Shown: positions 1 through 10,585, numbered from the whole stretch's first letter. The stretch: 63,826 nucleotides of DNA, filler included, from a candidate division TA06 bacterium SM23_40 (GCA_001303705.1; 5 parts of 5 records of this genome joined end to end with filler, not necessarily neighbours in it), one strand, 5' to 3'. Notes: generated from the letters alone by a model not told the origin. Numbers and translations are program-made.

Positions 1-1774
1 GTCCTGCATAGATGACCTGGCCGCCCATCTCGCCCGGGCCCGGGCCCAGATCGACGATGTAGTCGGCGGAGCGGATGATGTCGGCATCGTGCTCGACGAC
101 AAGAACAGTATTTCCCCGATCGGCAAGGCCGCGGAGCACTGAGATGAGTTGCCCGACGTCGCGGGGGTGGAGGCCGATGCTCGGCTCGTCCAGCACGTAG
201 AGGGGGTTCACGAGCGAGGTTCCCAGTGCCCTGGTGAGACTGATCCGCTCTGCCTCGCCGCCCGACAGGGTCCGGGACTGGCGGTCGAGCGTGAGATAAC
301 CGAGGCCGACGTCGAGGAGATAACGCAGGCGGCTCGCGATCTCCCCGATGATGAGGTTGGTCGCGTCGTCGTGGGGTCTGGATCCGCCATCGTGGAAGAA
401 CTCGTAGCAGCGGTCTATCGGCATTCGGTACAAGTCGGAGACAGTCTTTCCGCCGAGACGGTACAGGAGCGTTTCCTCCCTGAACCGGGTGCCGCCGCAC
501 ATGCTGCAGGTGCGGTAGGCGCGGTACTTGGAGAGGAGCACGCGGATGTGCATTTTGTAGCTCTTCGACACCAGCCACTCGAAGAATCCTTCGACGCCAT
601 AGAAATCCCGGGTCCCTTCCCAGATCATCTGTCGGTGCTTCGCGCTCAGGTCCGAGAAGGGTACATCGGTCGGGATATTGCGGCGCCGGCAGAAGCGGAG
701 CAGGTCGTCGGTTCCCTCTTCGAACGCCGGCGTGGTCCACGGCCTGATCGCTCCTTCCCGGAGTGACTTGGCTGGGTCCGGAATGACGAGTTCGGGATCG
801 ATCTCGATGGTGCGCCCGAATCCCCGGCAGTTGGGACAGGCTCCCAGGGGGCTGTTGAACGAGAAGAGGTTCGGCACCGGATCGCCATAGGAGATGTCGC
901 AGTCCGGACAGTGAAGGTCCTCGGAGAACGTCATCTGGCGGCTGCCGGACAGAACGACGATGATCTGCCCTCTGCCGTACCGGCCTGCGGACTCGAGAGA
1001 GTCGATGATCCGTGTCCGTTTCTTCCTGTCGAGCCGTATCCGGTCGAGGACGAGGACGAGCTGGGGATGAGTCCCCTGTGCGGCACGGGTCCGGCCAGGG
1101 GGGCGGGCCGTGCGCGTGGTACCGGCCCTGCGCCGGGTCCGGCGATCGGATCCGGAGAAGACGCCAGGCAGCGCCTTGCTCAGGATGGTCTGGGGGTCGG
1201 AGTTCTCCCTGAGGTCCAGGATCGTGGCGTCGACCCACAGGCGCACGAACCCCTGGCGTTGCAGTGCCGCTGCCAGATCGGCCGGATCGATCGAGGCCGT
1301 GACCGGCAGGGGGAAGGCTATGATGGCCTCTTCTCCCGGCGCGACATCTAGCAGCCTGTCGAAGACCCTCTCCGGAGTATCACGCGTCACCTCCCTGCCG
1401 CAGCCGCCGCAGTACAGCGTGGCCGCCCGGGCGAACAGGAGCTTCACGAAGTCTGTGATCTCCGTCATCGTACCCACCGTCGAGCGGGAAGTCTTGACCG
1501 GATTCGTCTGGCTGATGGCGATGGCTGGCGGAATGCCGGAGATACTGTCGGCCCGGGGCTTGTCCATGCGGTCGAGGAACTGGCGGGCATAGGGAGAGAA
1601 TGTCTCGACATACCGCCGCTGGCCCTCGGCGTACAGCGTGTCGAACGCGAGACTCGACTTGCCTGAGCCGCTCACTCCGGTGACGACGACGAGTCGATTG
1701 AGCGGAATATCGAGGTCGATCTGCTTGAGGTTATGTTGTGCTGCTCCCCGAATGGAGATGTGCTTCGATTGCAT
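1..1774 (-). CDS. uvrA: Excinuclease ABC subunit A, 5' part (runs off the window; start approximate)
   Basis: Absent from the ORF track. Manual minus-strand translation gives MQSKHISIRGAAQHNLKQIDLDIPLNRLVVVTGVSGSGKSSLAFDTLYAEGQRRYVETFS...SRSTVGT, a CxxC zinc finger, and ...EHDADIIRSADYIVDLGPGPGEMGGQV. Confidence 0.95.
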   Translation of the reverse strand, partial: MQSKHISIRGAAQHNLKQIDLDIPLNRLVVVTGVSGSGKSSLAFDTLYAEGQRRYVETFSPYARQFLDRMDKPRADSISGIPPAIAISQTNPVKTSRSTVGTMTEITDFVKLLFARAATLYCGGCGREVTRDTPERVFDRLLDVAPGEEAIIAFPLPVTASIDPADLAAALQRQGFVRLWVDATILDLRENSDPQTILSKALPGVFSGSDRRTRRRAGTTRTARPPGRTRAAQGTHPQLVLVLDRIRLDRKKRTRIIDSLESAGRYGRGQIIVVLSGSRQMTFSEDLHCPDCDISYGDPVPNLFSFNSPLGACPNCRGFGRTIEIDPELVIPDPAKSLREGAIRPWTTPAFEEGTDDLLRFCRRRNIPTDVPFSDLSAKHRQMIWEGTRDFYGVEGFFEWLVSKSYKMHIRVLLSKYRAYRTCSMCGGTRFREETLLYRLGGKTVSDLYRMPIDRCYEFFHDGGSRPHDDATNLIIGEIASRLRYLLDVGLGYLTLDRQSRTLSGGEAERISLTRALGTSLVNPLYVLDEPSIGLHPRDVGQLISVLRGLADRGNTVLVVEHDADIIRSADYIVDLGPGPGEMGGQVIYAG

Positions 1775-2269
1775 TGGCAACACCAGTTCTGTGGGACTCC
1801 CGCCCGCGTCAGCTGGTTGTCTCCTGAGGCTACCTGTCTGGTGCGCCCGGGCGTCCTGGGTGTGGGAATCGAGGGTCTCCTTGACGTTCTCTTGGACGGG
1901 CCCAGGAGTGCAGACGGCGGCGGCACGTGCGCGGTTCCGGTCTTCCTCTTCGTCCGCGTTTCCTGGGGCACCTCCGCCCGGGTGCTCCGGCCCCCGAGGA
2001 CGGAGAGGCGGAACAGCAGCCGGGCGACGTGCCCGGCCTGAGACGGATTCGGCAGCGCTCCGGGCGCTGCCGACCTCGGGGTACGGCCGTCGACATGATG
2101 ATGCACCAGGTCCGAGCAGGCTGTCAAGCGCCTTTCGGGCCTGTGGGGGTCCTCCAGACTCTGTTCCGGCTTCGGAAGGATCGGGAGGATTGTGCCAGAG
2201 GATTGCGTGATCATGACCTATGGAGACGGGAGGGGGAATGGAGATCGGTTTTTTGCCGAGGTTTCGTGC

Positions 2270-2298
2270 TTGACAGCGGCAGGAATTTGCGCTAGACT
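2270..2298 (+). promoter_or_regulatory. sigma-70-type promoter of selenoprotein paralogue 1
   Basis: TTGACA-17 nt-TAGACT; flanks TTCGTGC and TTTGCGC are shared with the promoter at 3767-3795. Confidence 0.65.
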
Positions 2299-2443
2299 AG
2301 TAGCCTAGTGGATTGTGTTGTGGCAAGCCCGGCGCGATCCCCCAGCGTCGGGTCTATTCGTAGTAATAGGGGAGTGGTCTGGGAGGATCTCTCGCGCCAC
2401 TTCTCTGTCGGGATCTCGAGAGAGAGGACAAAGGAGGGAAAGG

Positions 2444-3505
2444 ATGCGACTACTTGGCCTCGGTGTGGGAGCGATGATGCTCCTGGTTCTGGGCCTCGCT
2501 GTCATAGTCCCAGCCCAAGAGATATTTATCTGGGACCACGATAAGGGCGCAGACAACATGTTTTACGATCCAGAGGGCGCAGGCTACGTCGGGTGCGAGT
2601 TCGGGGTCCAGCGGGCCCTGACTCGGAACGGCTATACCCACGAGACGCTTCTCTATCTTCCTATGGATCTCAGCCAGTATGATGTGGTCTTCGTCATACT
2701 CGGCTGGTGGTGCTGAGCCGGTGCATCGACGATTGCTCCGGCGGAGCAATCTCGGTTGATGGAGTTCATGGATGCCGGCGGAAGTGTCTACGTGGAGGGG
2801 AACGATTTCGGTTACTCACACCGCTACGATCCGATCTACGAATACTTCGGCTGCACTTACACAGGGGACGGCAATTCCTCCTTCAATGTCGACCATCTCT
2901 ACGGAGAAGCGGGGACGATGCTGGATGGGAGGCATCTCCGGTATATGTACGGCCAGGGTCCCGATGTCTATGTTGACATGATAGAGAGCAATGGCGGCAC
3001 GATTCTGTTCCGCGACCAGATCAATGCCGGACGACTGATCAAGTGGGACGGTGAAGATCACGACTATCGCTCGATGCATTCCACATATGTGTTCGGCGCG
3101 ATGATCGATCAGACCCCCCCCGACACCAAGGATGATGTGATGGCCGCATACATGGGCTATCTCTTCCCGTCGGTCGTGGTGAATCTCGAGCCGGACGCGA
3201 CGACGATTCCCCAGGGTGGGACACTGGGCTACACGGCGACGCTCGTCAACAAGACCGACCAGCAGCAGACGATCTATGGACGGGCGAACGTGTACCTGCC
3301 CGGCGGTTCGCCGTTCCCGGGTAATCCCGTTGTGGCGCCGACTCAGGTTACTTTGAATGCCGGCGCGACGGTGACGGTGCACTACTCACATCCGGTGCCC
3401 GCGGGTGCTCCGCTGGGAGTGTACACGTATGAGGCGCAGGTGGGAGTGCCGCCGGCCAATCTGATCGATGACGATCTGTTTGAGTTCGAGATCGTGGCGC
3501 CGTAG
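2444..3505 (+). CDS. Putative secreted selenoprotein, 353 aa with UGA=Sec at codon 91 (GWWC-U); alpha/beta N-terminal domain plus shared C-terminal domain
   Basis: AAGGAGG RBS, ATG 2444, signal peptide. Track ORFs 2315-2716 and 2756-3505 are in the same frame, separated only by TGA 2714-2716. The paralogue has the same TGA. SECIS-like hairpin follows. Confidence 0.85.
2725..2756 (+). promoter_or_regulatory. Putative bacterial SECIS element (paralogue 1)
   Basis: Perfect 9-bp stem GATTGCTCC-GGC-GGAGCAATC (2731-2751); 23 nt between UGA and loop; lower stem ATCGA/TCGGT with a bulged C. Confidence 0.75.
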
Positions 3506-3766
3506 GCCGCGGTGCGGCGATAGGTGTTCGCGGCGGGGGGAGCTCGCGAGCATCGAAATGAAACGAGAGAAGAGGACGGGTCTTGGGCGAACTGCTCCGA
3601 GGCCCGTCGTTCTCGTGTGCGGCTGGAGCCTCAGCGTCATGCGGCCGTTGACCGGGGGCTGAGCGCGCCCCTGCCATCGGTCCGGGGAGCGCAGTGTCCG
3701 GGCACGGGTTCGTCCGGTGCGGGATACGATGTACTTGAGAGATCCCACGTCCGGTGCGGTTCGTGC

Positions 3767-3795
3767 TTGACAGATTGCCGATTTTGCGCTATGCT
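3767..3795 (+). promoter_or_regulatory. sigma-70-type promoter of selenoprotein paralogue 2
   Basis: TTGACA-17 nt-TATGCT, homologous to 2270-2298. Confidence 0.65.
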
Positions 3796-3936
3796 CACAT
3801 TCCAGCAGGTGGCTCCGTGGCCTGTGCGACGGCACCCCCGCCCTCGGCAGGTCTAACGGGATAGCGGGAGGCAGGCGGCCAGCGGTGCTGCGCCTTCCCG
3901 TCGGGATCCGGGAACAGAGGCAGAAGGAGGAGAGAG

Positions 3937-4998
3937 ATGCGACGATACTACCTGCCAGTCGCAGCCATCGCCCTCATGACGATGGGCCTGGCTGCAATGG
4001 CGCAGACACAGGAGATACTCATCTGGGATCATGACACAGGTGCCGACAACATGTTCTACGACCCTGAGGGCGCGGGATATGTCGGCTGCGAGTTTGGCAT
4101 TGAGCGTGCGCTGGAGCAGAATGGCATTGAAGCTACGACCCTCCTCTATCTCCCGGCCGACCTCAGCCAGTACGATGCCATCTTCGTCGTCCAGGGATGG
4201 TACTGCTGAGGGGGCGGAAATCAGATTGGTCCGGTGGACCAAACACGATTGATGGAGTACATGGATAGCGGCGGAAGTGTCTACCTCGAGGGGAACGACT
4301 TCGGGTACCTCCACGCATACGATCCCCTCTATCCGTACTTCGGCTGCATCTATGTGGGAGATGGCAATTACTCTTTCAATGTCGACCACCTCTACGGCCA
4401 GCCGGAGACGATCCTGGATGGATTCCATCTCCGGTATATGTATGGTCTGGAACCCGACTACTATGTGGATGAGATAGCGGCTGATGAGGGCACGATCCTG
4501 TTCCTCTGCCAGCAGAACAAGGGCCGGGCGGTGAATTGGGATGGTGCCGGGCACGACTACCGCGCGATCCACTCGACGTTTGTCTTCGGTGCGATGATTG
4601 ATCAGATGCCGCCTGACACCAAGCAGGAAGTGATGGCAGTATATCTGGACTACCTCCTGCCTGAGGTCGTGATCGATCTGGCGCCGCAGGCGACGACGGT
4701 TCCCCAGGGAGGGACGTTGAGCTATGTGGCCGGGCTGACGAACAGGACGGATGAGGTTCAGATGGTCTGGGGACGCGCGAATGTGTACCTGCCCAATGGC
4801 AATCCGTTCCCTGGCAATCCGGTGGTACCGCCGACTCCGGTGACGTTGAATCCGGGTGCGACGGTGACGGTGAACTACTCACATCCGGTGCCTGCGGGTG
4901 CGCCGCTGGGAGTGTACACGTATGAGGTGCAGGTGGGAGTGCCGCCGGCGAACCTGATCGATGACGATCGGTTTGAGTTCGAGATCGTTGCGCCCTAG
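3937..4998 (+). CDS. Putative secreted selenoprotein paralogue 2, 353 aa with UGA=Sec at codon 91 (GWYC-U)
   Basis: AAGGAGG RBS and signal peptide. Track ORFs 3937-4209 and 4234-4998 are in the same frame, separated only by TGA 4207-4209. Collinear with 2444-3505 over the whole length. Confidence 0.85.
4219..4250 (+). promoter_or_regulatory. Putative bacterial SECIS element (paralogue 2)
   Basis: TTGGTCC-GGT-GGACCAA stem-loop (4226-4242); 23 nt between UGA and loop; lower stem AATC/GATT. Confidence 0.75.
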
Positions 4999-5466
4999 TG
5001 CATAGTGAGGGGCGATGCCCGTGGCGTTGGGGGGAGGCGCGGGTGTCGTAATAAGAAAGGAGAACGGGTTTCGGGGTGTTGGTCCCCGGGGCCCGTTCCG
5101 TCTTTGATGCGTGTGAGGTGCTGGCGCCTCGCGCGGATAGTACTTCTCGGCCGGGCGCGGCGAAACACATCCATAGGACGTGGGCGGTTGCCTTTCGTGT
5201 CTGGCACCAAGTCTACTTTCGATCCTACCATTGACACGTCCTCACCGGATCGCTACTATCGATCGGCCTCAATCTTCTGAGTTCGAGCTGACGGGATCCG
5301 CGTGCCGCTCATCTGCGCAACTACTATTGAACTCCACGGAAGTTCGGATTCGGTGAGCGCGGCACCATATGGGCGATGTGGGGCGTCAGGCTGAGTCCGT
5401 GCGAGGCGATTGCGCTGACGGGCAGAATGGCGCAGCGAACCTCGGAGAATGCGGGAGGACAGGGGA

Positions 5467-6441
5467 ATGGATTCGATCAACCTCGACCCGGCCATGTATG
5501 AGTCTCTTCTCCCGTGGCTTCTCGAGGGGGAGCCATGGGTGCGGTATCGCACGTTGACCGACCTGCTCCGGCGGAAGCCAGACGACTCTGAGGTCGAGGC
5601 GGCGAGGAATGCCGTGCCCGACCACCAACTGATCCGTCCGATCCTGGCTCGTCAGAAAAGGAACGGCTGGTGGGGAAGGAAGAAGGACCTCCACACCTGG
5701 TGGCCCAAGAACAATACCACATTCTGGCTCGTGGGGACCCTGGCGGACTTTGGCCTGACGATCGAGGACGAACACGTATCTCGGGCATGTGCATGCATAT
5801 TCGACACCCAACTCGAGAGCGGCGGATTCCTCGGCTATAATCCGGATCAGGCCGCTGACTGTCACACCGGCATCCTGACAGAGTCGTTGGCCAAGGCCGG
5901 GAAGATCGGCGATGCGCGCCTGGAACGCGCATACCGCTGGCTGCGTTCACGTCAGCGACTCGATGGCGGATGGTGGTGTAAGGATACCGGACAACCCGGG
6001 CGGCCGAGGGAGGCGGAGCCGAGCTGCGCCCTCGCGACGATGTTTGTGCTCGGCGCTTTCGCGCACCATCCTCGGCTGCAGAAGAGCGATGTGGCCCGGC
6101 GGGGAGTGGAGTTTATGCTCGGTTGCTGGGAGAAGCGAGGTACGATCAAGTATGCGGGCCACGATTCGCAGATCGGAACAAACTGGGGAAAACTCAAGTA
6201 TCCATATACGGACTACCGGATACTCAAGTACCTCGATGTCGTCTCGAGGTTCCCCCACGTCCGCGGAGACCGGAGGGTCCGCGAGATGGCCGGGATCCTG
6301 GTATCGAAGCGAGGTCCGGTCGGTCGATACACTCCCGAGTCGATTCACAAAGTGTGGCACAAATTCGACTTCGGACAGAAGAAGAATCCGTCGAGATGGA
6401 TCACGGCGCTAGCACTTGGTGTAGTGCGCCGCATTCTGTGA
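5467..6441 (+). CDS. Prenyltransferase/squalene-cyclase-repeat (alpha/alpha toroid) protein of unknown function
   Basis: QW-like motifs (ILARQKRNGWWG, FDTQLESGGF, WLRSRQRLDGGWWC) and C-terminal PSRWIT. Confidence 0.7.
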   Translation: MDSINLDPAMYESLLPWLLEGEPWVRYRTLTDLLRRKPDDSEVEAARNAVPDHQLIRPILARQKRNGWWGRKKDLHTWWPKNNTTFWLVGTLADFGLTIEDEHVSRACACIFDTQLESGGFLGYNPDQAADCHTGILTESLAKAGKIGDARLERAYRWLRSRQRLDGGWWCKDTGQPGRPREAEPSCALATMFVLGAFAHHPRLQKSDVARRGVEFMLGCWEKRGTIKYAGHDSQIGTNWGKLKYPYTDYRILKYLDVVSRFPHVRGDRRVREMAGILVSKRGPVGRYTPESIHKVWHKFDFGQKKNPSRWITALALGVVRRIL

Positions 6442-6580
6442 CGGTCGACCACTCGGAAAATGGCTTGCCACCGATGTGTCGAGTGTGTAGTATGGTGTCC
6501 GCAGGAGACACACCGGTACGTAGCATTCACTCCTATCTGTCCATTCTTGACTTCACTCAATGTAGTGGAGGGGAGCGGCG

Positions 6581-7339
6581 ATGAAGAGTCTGGTCAATAT
6601 CGAAACATTACCCGAGGCGGCGCGGAAGCGGATCGTCCCCTTCTGCGAGCAGATGCTCCAGCTCCATGGCGAAACGATTGAGTCGATGGTCGTCTACGGC
6701 AGCGCCACCGGGCTCAACTTTGTGCCGAAGCGCTCCGATGTCAATCTGCTCATCGTTGTCAGCGAGCTAGGGTACGAGACCCTGCGCCAGAGCCTCAGAC
6801 TGGTCGATCGCGGGATCAAGAAGAAGATCGCAGCGCCTCTTTTCCTCACCAGGCAGAACATCGAGCGCTCGCTCGACGTCTTTCCCATAGAATTCCTGGA
6901 GATGAAGGAGAACCATGTTGTCATCTACGGGGAGGATCCGCTAGAGGGGATCGAGATCGATCCCGAGCGGCTGCGGCTCGAGTGTGAGGAGCAGCTACGG
7001 GGGAAGCTCGTGAGGCTGCGCCAGGCGTATCTCGAGGTGGGCCTCGGGCGTAAAGGGATCGAGATGCTGCTCAAAGAGTCGCTGAGCGCGCTCATCCCGA
7101 CGTTTCGCGCGATGCTCCGTCTCAAAGGGCTCGGACCGATTCGGGAGAAAGAGAAAGTGATCGACGCACTTGCTTCGCAGTTCAATGTCGACGGACAGGC
7201 GTTCCTCGAAGTACTGCACGACCAGCAGGCCGACGAGAAGATCGGGAAGCAGGACGCGGAGACGTTCTTCGGCAAGTACCTCGAGGCCCTCGATCAGCTG
7301 ACAGTGGCTGTAGATCGCCTGTTCGAAGGAGGGGAATGA
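6581..7339 (+). CDS. Nucleotidyltransferase-domain protein (LemA/TPM-associated type)
   Basis: VVYGSA...SDVNLLIV motif and DVFPIEF; overlaps the TPM gene. Confidence 0.75.
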   Translation: MKSLVNIETLPEAARKRIVPFCEQMLQLHGETIESMVVYGSATGLNFVPKRSDVNLLIVVSELGYETLRQSLRLVDRGIKKKIAAPLFLTRQNIERSLDVFPIEFLEMKENHVVIYGEDPLEGIEIDPERLRLECEEQLRGKLVRLRQAYLEVGLGRKGIEMLLKESLSALIPTFRAMLRLKGLGPIREKEKVIDALASQFNVDGQAFLEVLHDQQADEKIGKQDAETFFGKYLEALDQLTVAVDRLFEGGE

Positions 7340-8051
7340 AGTCGATGATGGCCAGGGCGACAAGGGTGCTCTCACTCCTCATCGTGCTGCTTGTCTCCGT
7401 GCACTCCGGGAAGGCTCGCGCCCAGGAGGTGAGTCTTCCCGCCCCACGTGGATACGTGAACGACTTCGCGGACGTGATCTCGCCGGGCGATGAGTCGATG
7501 ATGGCCAACCTCGCCGGGGAGCTCGAGCGTGTGACCACGGCCCAGATCGCTGTTGTGACCCTCGAGACGACCCAACCGCTCGTGATCGAGGAGTTCGGTG
7601 TCAGGCTTTTCGAAGCGTGGAAGATCGGCCAGGCGGGGGAGGATAATGGACTCCTTCTTCTGTTTGCGCTTCAGGATCGCAAGGTGAGGATCGAGACCGG
7701 GTACGGGCTCGAGGGAGCGGTGCCCGACGCACTGGCCGACCGCATCATCCGGGACACCATGGTGCCGTTCTTCAGACGCGAGGAGTACAGCCAGGGCCTG
7801 CTCCAGGCGACGGTGCAGCTCGCCGACCTGGTCGCCCGCGAGTACGGGGTCGAGCTCGCCTCTCTGCGCTCCGTGCCGAGAGCAGTGCCTCCGCCGCCTT
7901 CGGCCGCGCGATGCGGACCCGGCCTCCTCACGCTGATCTTCTTCATGATCATTATGATACTCTTCGGCAGGCGAGGAGGTCTATTCTGGCTCTTGCTCTT
8001 CGGCCTGGGCATGGGGCGTCGTCCTGGCGGATACTGGTACGGGTCTGGTAT
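7336..8051 (+). CDS. TPM-domain (YgcG-like) membrane protein, 3'-truncated by gap
   Basis: GYVNDFADVI, WKIGQAGEDNGLLL, RIETGYGLEGAVPD; TM helix followed by the start of a Gly-rich tail. Confidence 0.9.
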
Positions 8052-8151
8052 NNNNNNNNNNNNNNNNNNNNNNNNNNNNNNNNNNNNNNNNNNNNTTAAT
8101 TAATTAANNNNNNNNNNNNNNNNNNNNNNNNNNNNNNNNNNNNNNNNNNNN
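8052..8151. other. Artificial contig linker
   Basis: N44-TTAATTAATTAA-N44 (stops in all six frames). Confidence 0.98.
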
Positions 8152-10265
8152 CCGAGTCGTTCATGAAGGCGGACTACGGGGCGATGGCCTATCTGTCGGC
8201 GGTCCAGCCGTCGTATACGATTCCGAACCACGACTTCGACAAGCAGCTGTATCAGGGTATCTACGATCTGGGGATCTGGACGATCGGGTATGCGGAGAAC
8301 CATGCGAATGCGTGGATCATCCCGGTGCACGGGTCCCTGGCCGAGGCGAACATACGGATGTATCTGTGGCTCGGGGATCCGGAGACAGATGTATGGACCG
8401 CGGTTCCCCAGGATATGACGGTCAGCTACCCGGCAGCGATCCCGATCGGCACGCAGCCCGTGACGGTGAGCGTGTCGATGGGAGGGAGCTCTGTCGAGGA
8501 TGCGCTCGTCTGTCTGTTGAAGCCGGGCGAGGTGTATGAGGCCGGGTATACGGACGCTGCGGGGCAGGTGACGCTGACGGTATCGCCCACGGTGCCCGGA
8601 CAGATGGCGGTGACGGTGACCGCCCACAACGGCCTGCCGTATACGGGGACGATACAGGTGATTCAGCCTGAGGGTCCATATATCATTCTCGACGAGTATC
8701 TGATCGACGACAGTGTCGGCGGCAACAATGACGGACAGGTCGATATCGGCGAGCCGATCAGGCTCCCCGCTGCGCTCAAGAACGTCGGCGTGGAGGCCGC
8801 TCAGGATGTCGATGCCGTGCTGGCGACCGACGATCCGTACATGACGATCAGCGACAACTACGAGTACTACGGGGACATCAACCCTGACCAGGTTGTCTGG
8901 TGCCCGGACGACTACGACTTTGAGGCAAAGGCGGTCTGTCCTGATGGCCATACGGCAGGGTTCTCGATCACAGCCGAGGACATCTACGATTCGACGTGGA
9001 CGAGCGCGTTCAACATTCCGGTGCACGCGCCGGTGCTCGCGTTTGAGTCGTACATCATCGACGACACCGGCGGCGGCAATGGCAATGGCCGTCTGGAGCC
9101 CGGAGAGACGGCGGAGCTGACGGTGACGCTCGCCAATGAGGGTTCGGGATTTGCTGCCTCGGTGGAGGCGACGCTCTCGACGATCGACCCGTATGTGACC
9201 GTGGTGAGCGGGAGTGCGAGCTACGGGAACATCGCTGCGGGCGGCACGGGCGTCGGTTCGCCGGCGTATGTGGTCGAGGCAGCGGCTACTGCTCCTGAGG
9301 GTCGTCAGGCGCAGCTCGATCTGACCGCGGAGGCGCAGGCCGGGTATGTGCGCTACGATGCCTGCTGGGTGACGGTAGGCGGCATCTTTGACGACATGGA
9401 GCAGGGGCCTGCCGGGTGGACGCACGAGGTGGTCACTCCAGGGTATTACGATCAGTGGCACCAGTCGACGGAGCTCAACCACACGCCCGGCGGTTCGGTA
9501 AGCTGGAAGTGCGGGGATACGGGTCCTGGCAACTATGCCGACTCGCTGGATGCAGGTCTGATGACGGTCGAGCTGATCCTGCCCGAGAATCCCGTGTTGA
9601 CGTTCTGGCACTGGATGGATGCAGAGGCATCGTCGATGTACCCTGACAGTGCGTACGACGGCGGTTTGGTCGAGATCTCGATCGACGGCGGGCTGAACTG
9701 GACCCAGATCATGCCTGAGGAGGGGTATACGCACGCGATCCGCCCGGGTTCGGACAACCCGCTGCCCGGTGGGACCATGGTCTACTCAGGTTCCTTTGGC
9801 TGGACGCAGGCCATGTTCGATCTGGCCGCCTATTCGGGGCAGACCGTGCAGTTCCGGTTCCGGTTTGCGTCTGACTGGGGGGTAAACCGTGAGGGCTGGT
9901 ATATCGACGATGTGTTGATCGCCGGTCAGCCAGCGGTGACGGTCATGGTAGAGCCTGATGCGTATGAGGTGCCGCGCGGCGGCACGCTCGGGTATACCGC
10001 GACGGTCCAGAACCTGAGCTCGTCAGCACAGAGCTTCTACGGTCTGATCGAGGCGTGGCTGCCGAACGGGTCACCGTACAGCGGGAATCCGCTTGTCGGT
10101 CCCCGGCCGGTGACGCTTGCTCCCGGCGGGAGCCAGTCTGTGCACCTGGAGCATCCGGTGCCGGCCGTTGCGCCGCTGGGTGAGTATCTGCTTCGGGTGA
10201 AGGTGGGGAATCCGCCTGCTGATCTTCTCGATCAGGACTTCTTCCATTTCCGAGTGGTTCCGTAG
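8152..10265 (+). CDS. Gingipain-like C25 peptidase, C-terminal part (5'-truncated), with Ig-like and MAM/InhA-like domains and the shared C-terminal domain
   Basis: YLWLGDP, VEDALVCL, VTAHNGLPY, repeated IDD..GNxxGxxxxGE motifs, VEISIDGGLNW, FRFRFASD..VNREGWYIDDV. Confidence 0.8.
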
Positions 10266-10585
10266 GAGGGCGGTGCTGACGTCGCGAATGAGATCAACGT
10301 TGACTTCGCTCTTCTCATGATGAGACAAGAGAAGTCATTGTGACGAACAGGGGCGCGGTACGAGGATCTGTGAGGGGGAAGAATCCTCGCCGCGCCCCAC
10401 AGTCCTCAAGACGGTTTGCAAGACCGGTGTGGCGCAGTAGCATCTGTCAAGATCGATTGTCGAAGTGGATCCGGCGTCCGATTTCGGGTCGTCACGCGGG
10501 GTCCGAGGTTGGTGGTTCCGCACAGCCGTCAGCGTAAGACGCTGGGGATGGTCGGCAGGGCACACGTTGATCATAGGAGGCTCAC

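Noticed and set aside
149-2295. Plus-strand ORFs over uvrA and the many long antisense ORFs elsewhere (e.g. 8100-9734, 38548-40500, 28768-29988)
   Set aside because: Shadow ORFs of GC-rich genes on the opposite strand with no recognisable motifs.
2714-4209. Genome-wide reassignment of UGA to Trp/Gly (code 4/25) as the explanation for the in-frame TGAs
   Set aside because: Many conserved genes here end properly at TGA (tatA, thyX, hydB, hydA, amrS, HDAC), and long genes such as dnaE contain no internal TGA.
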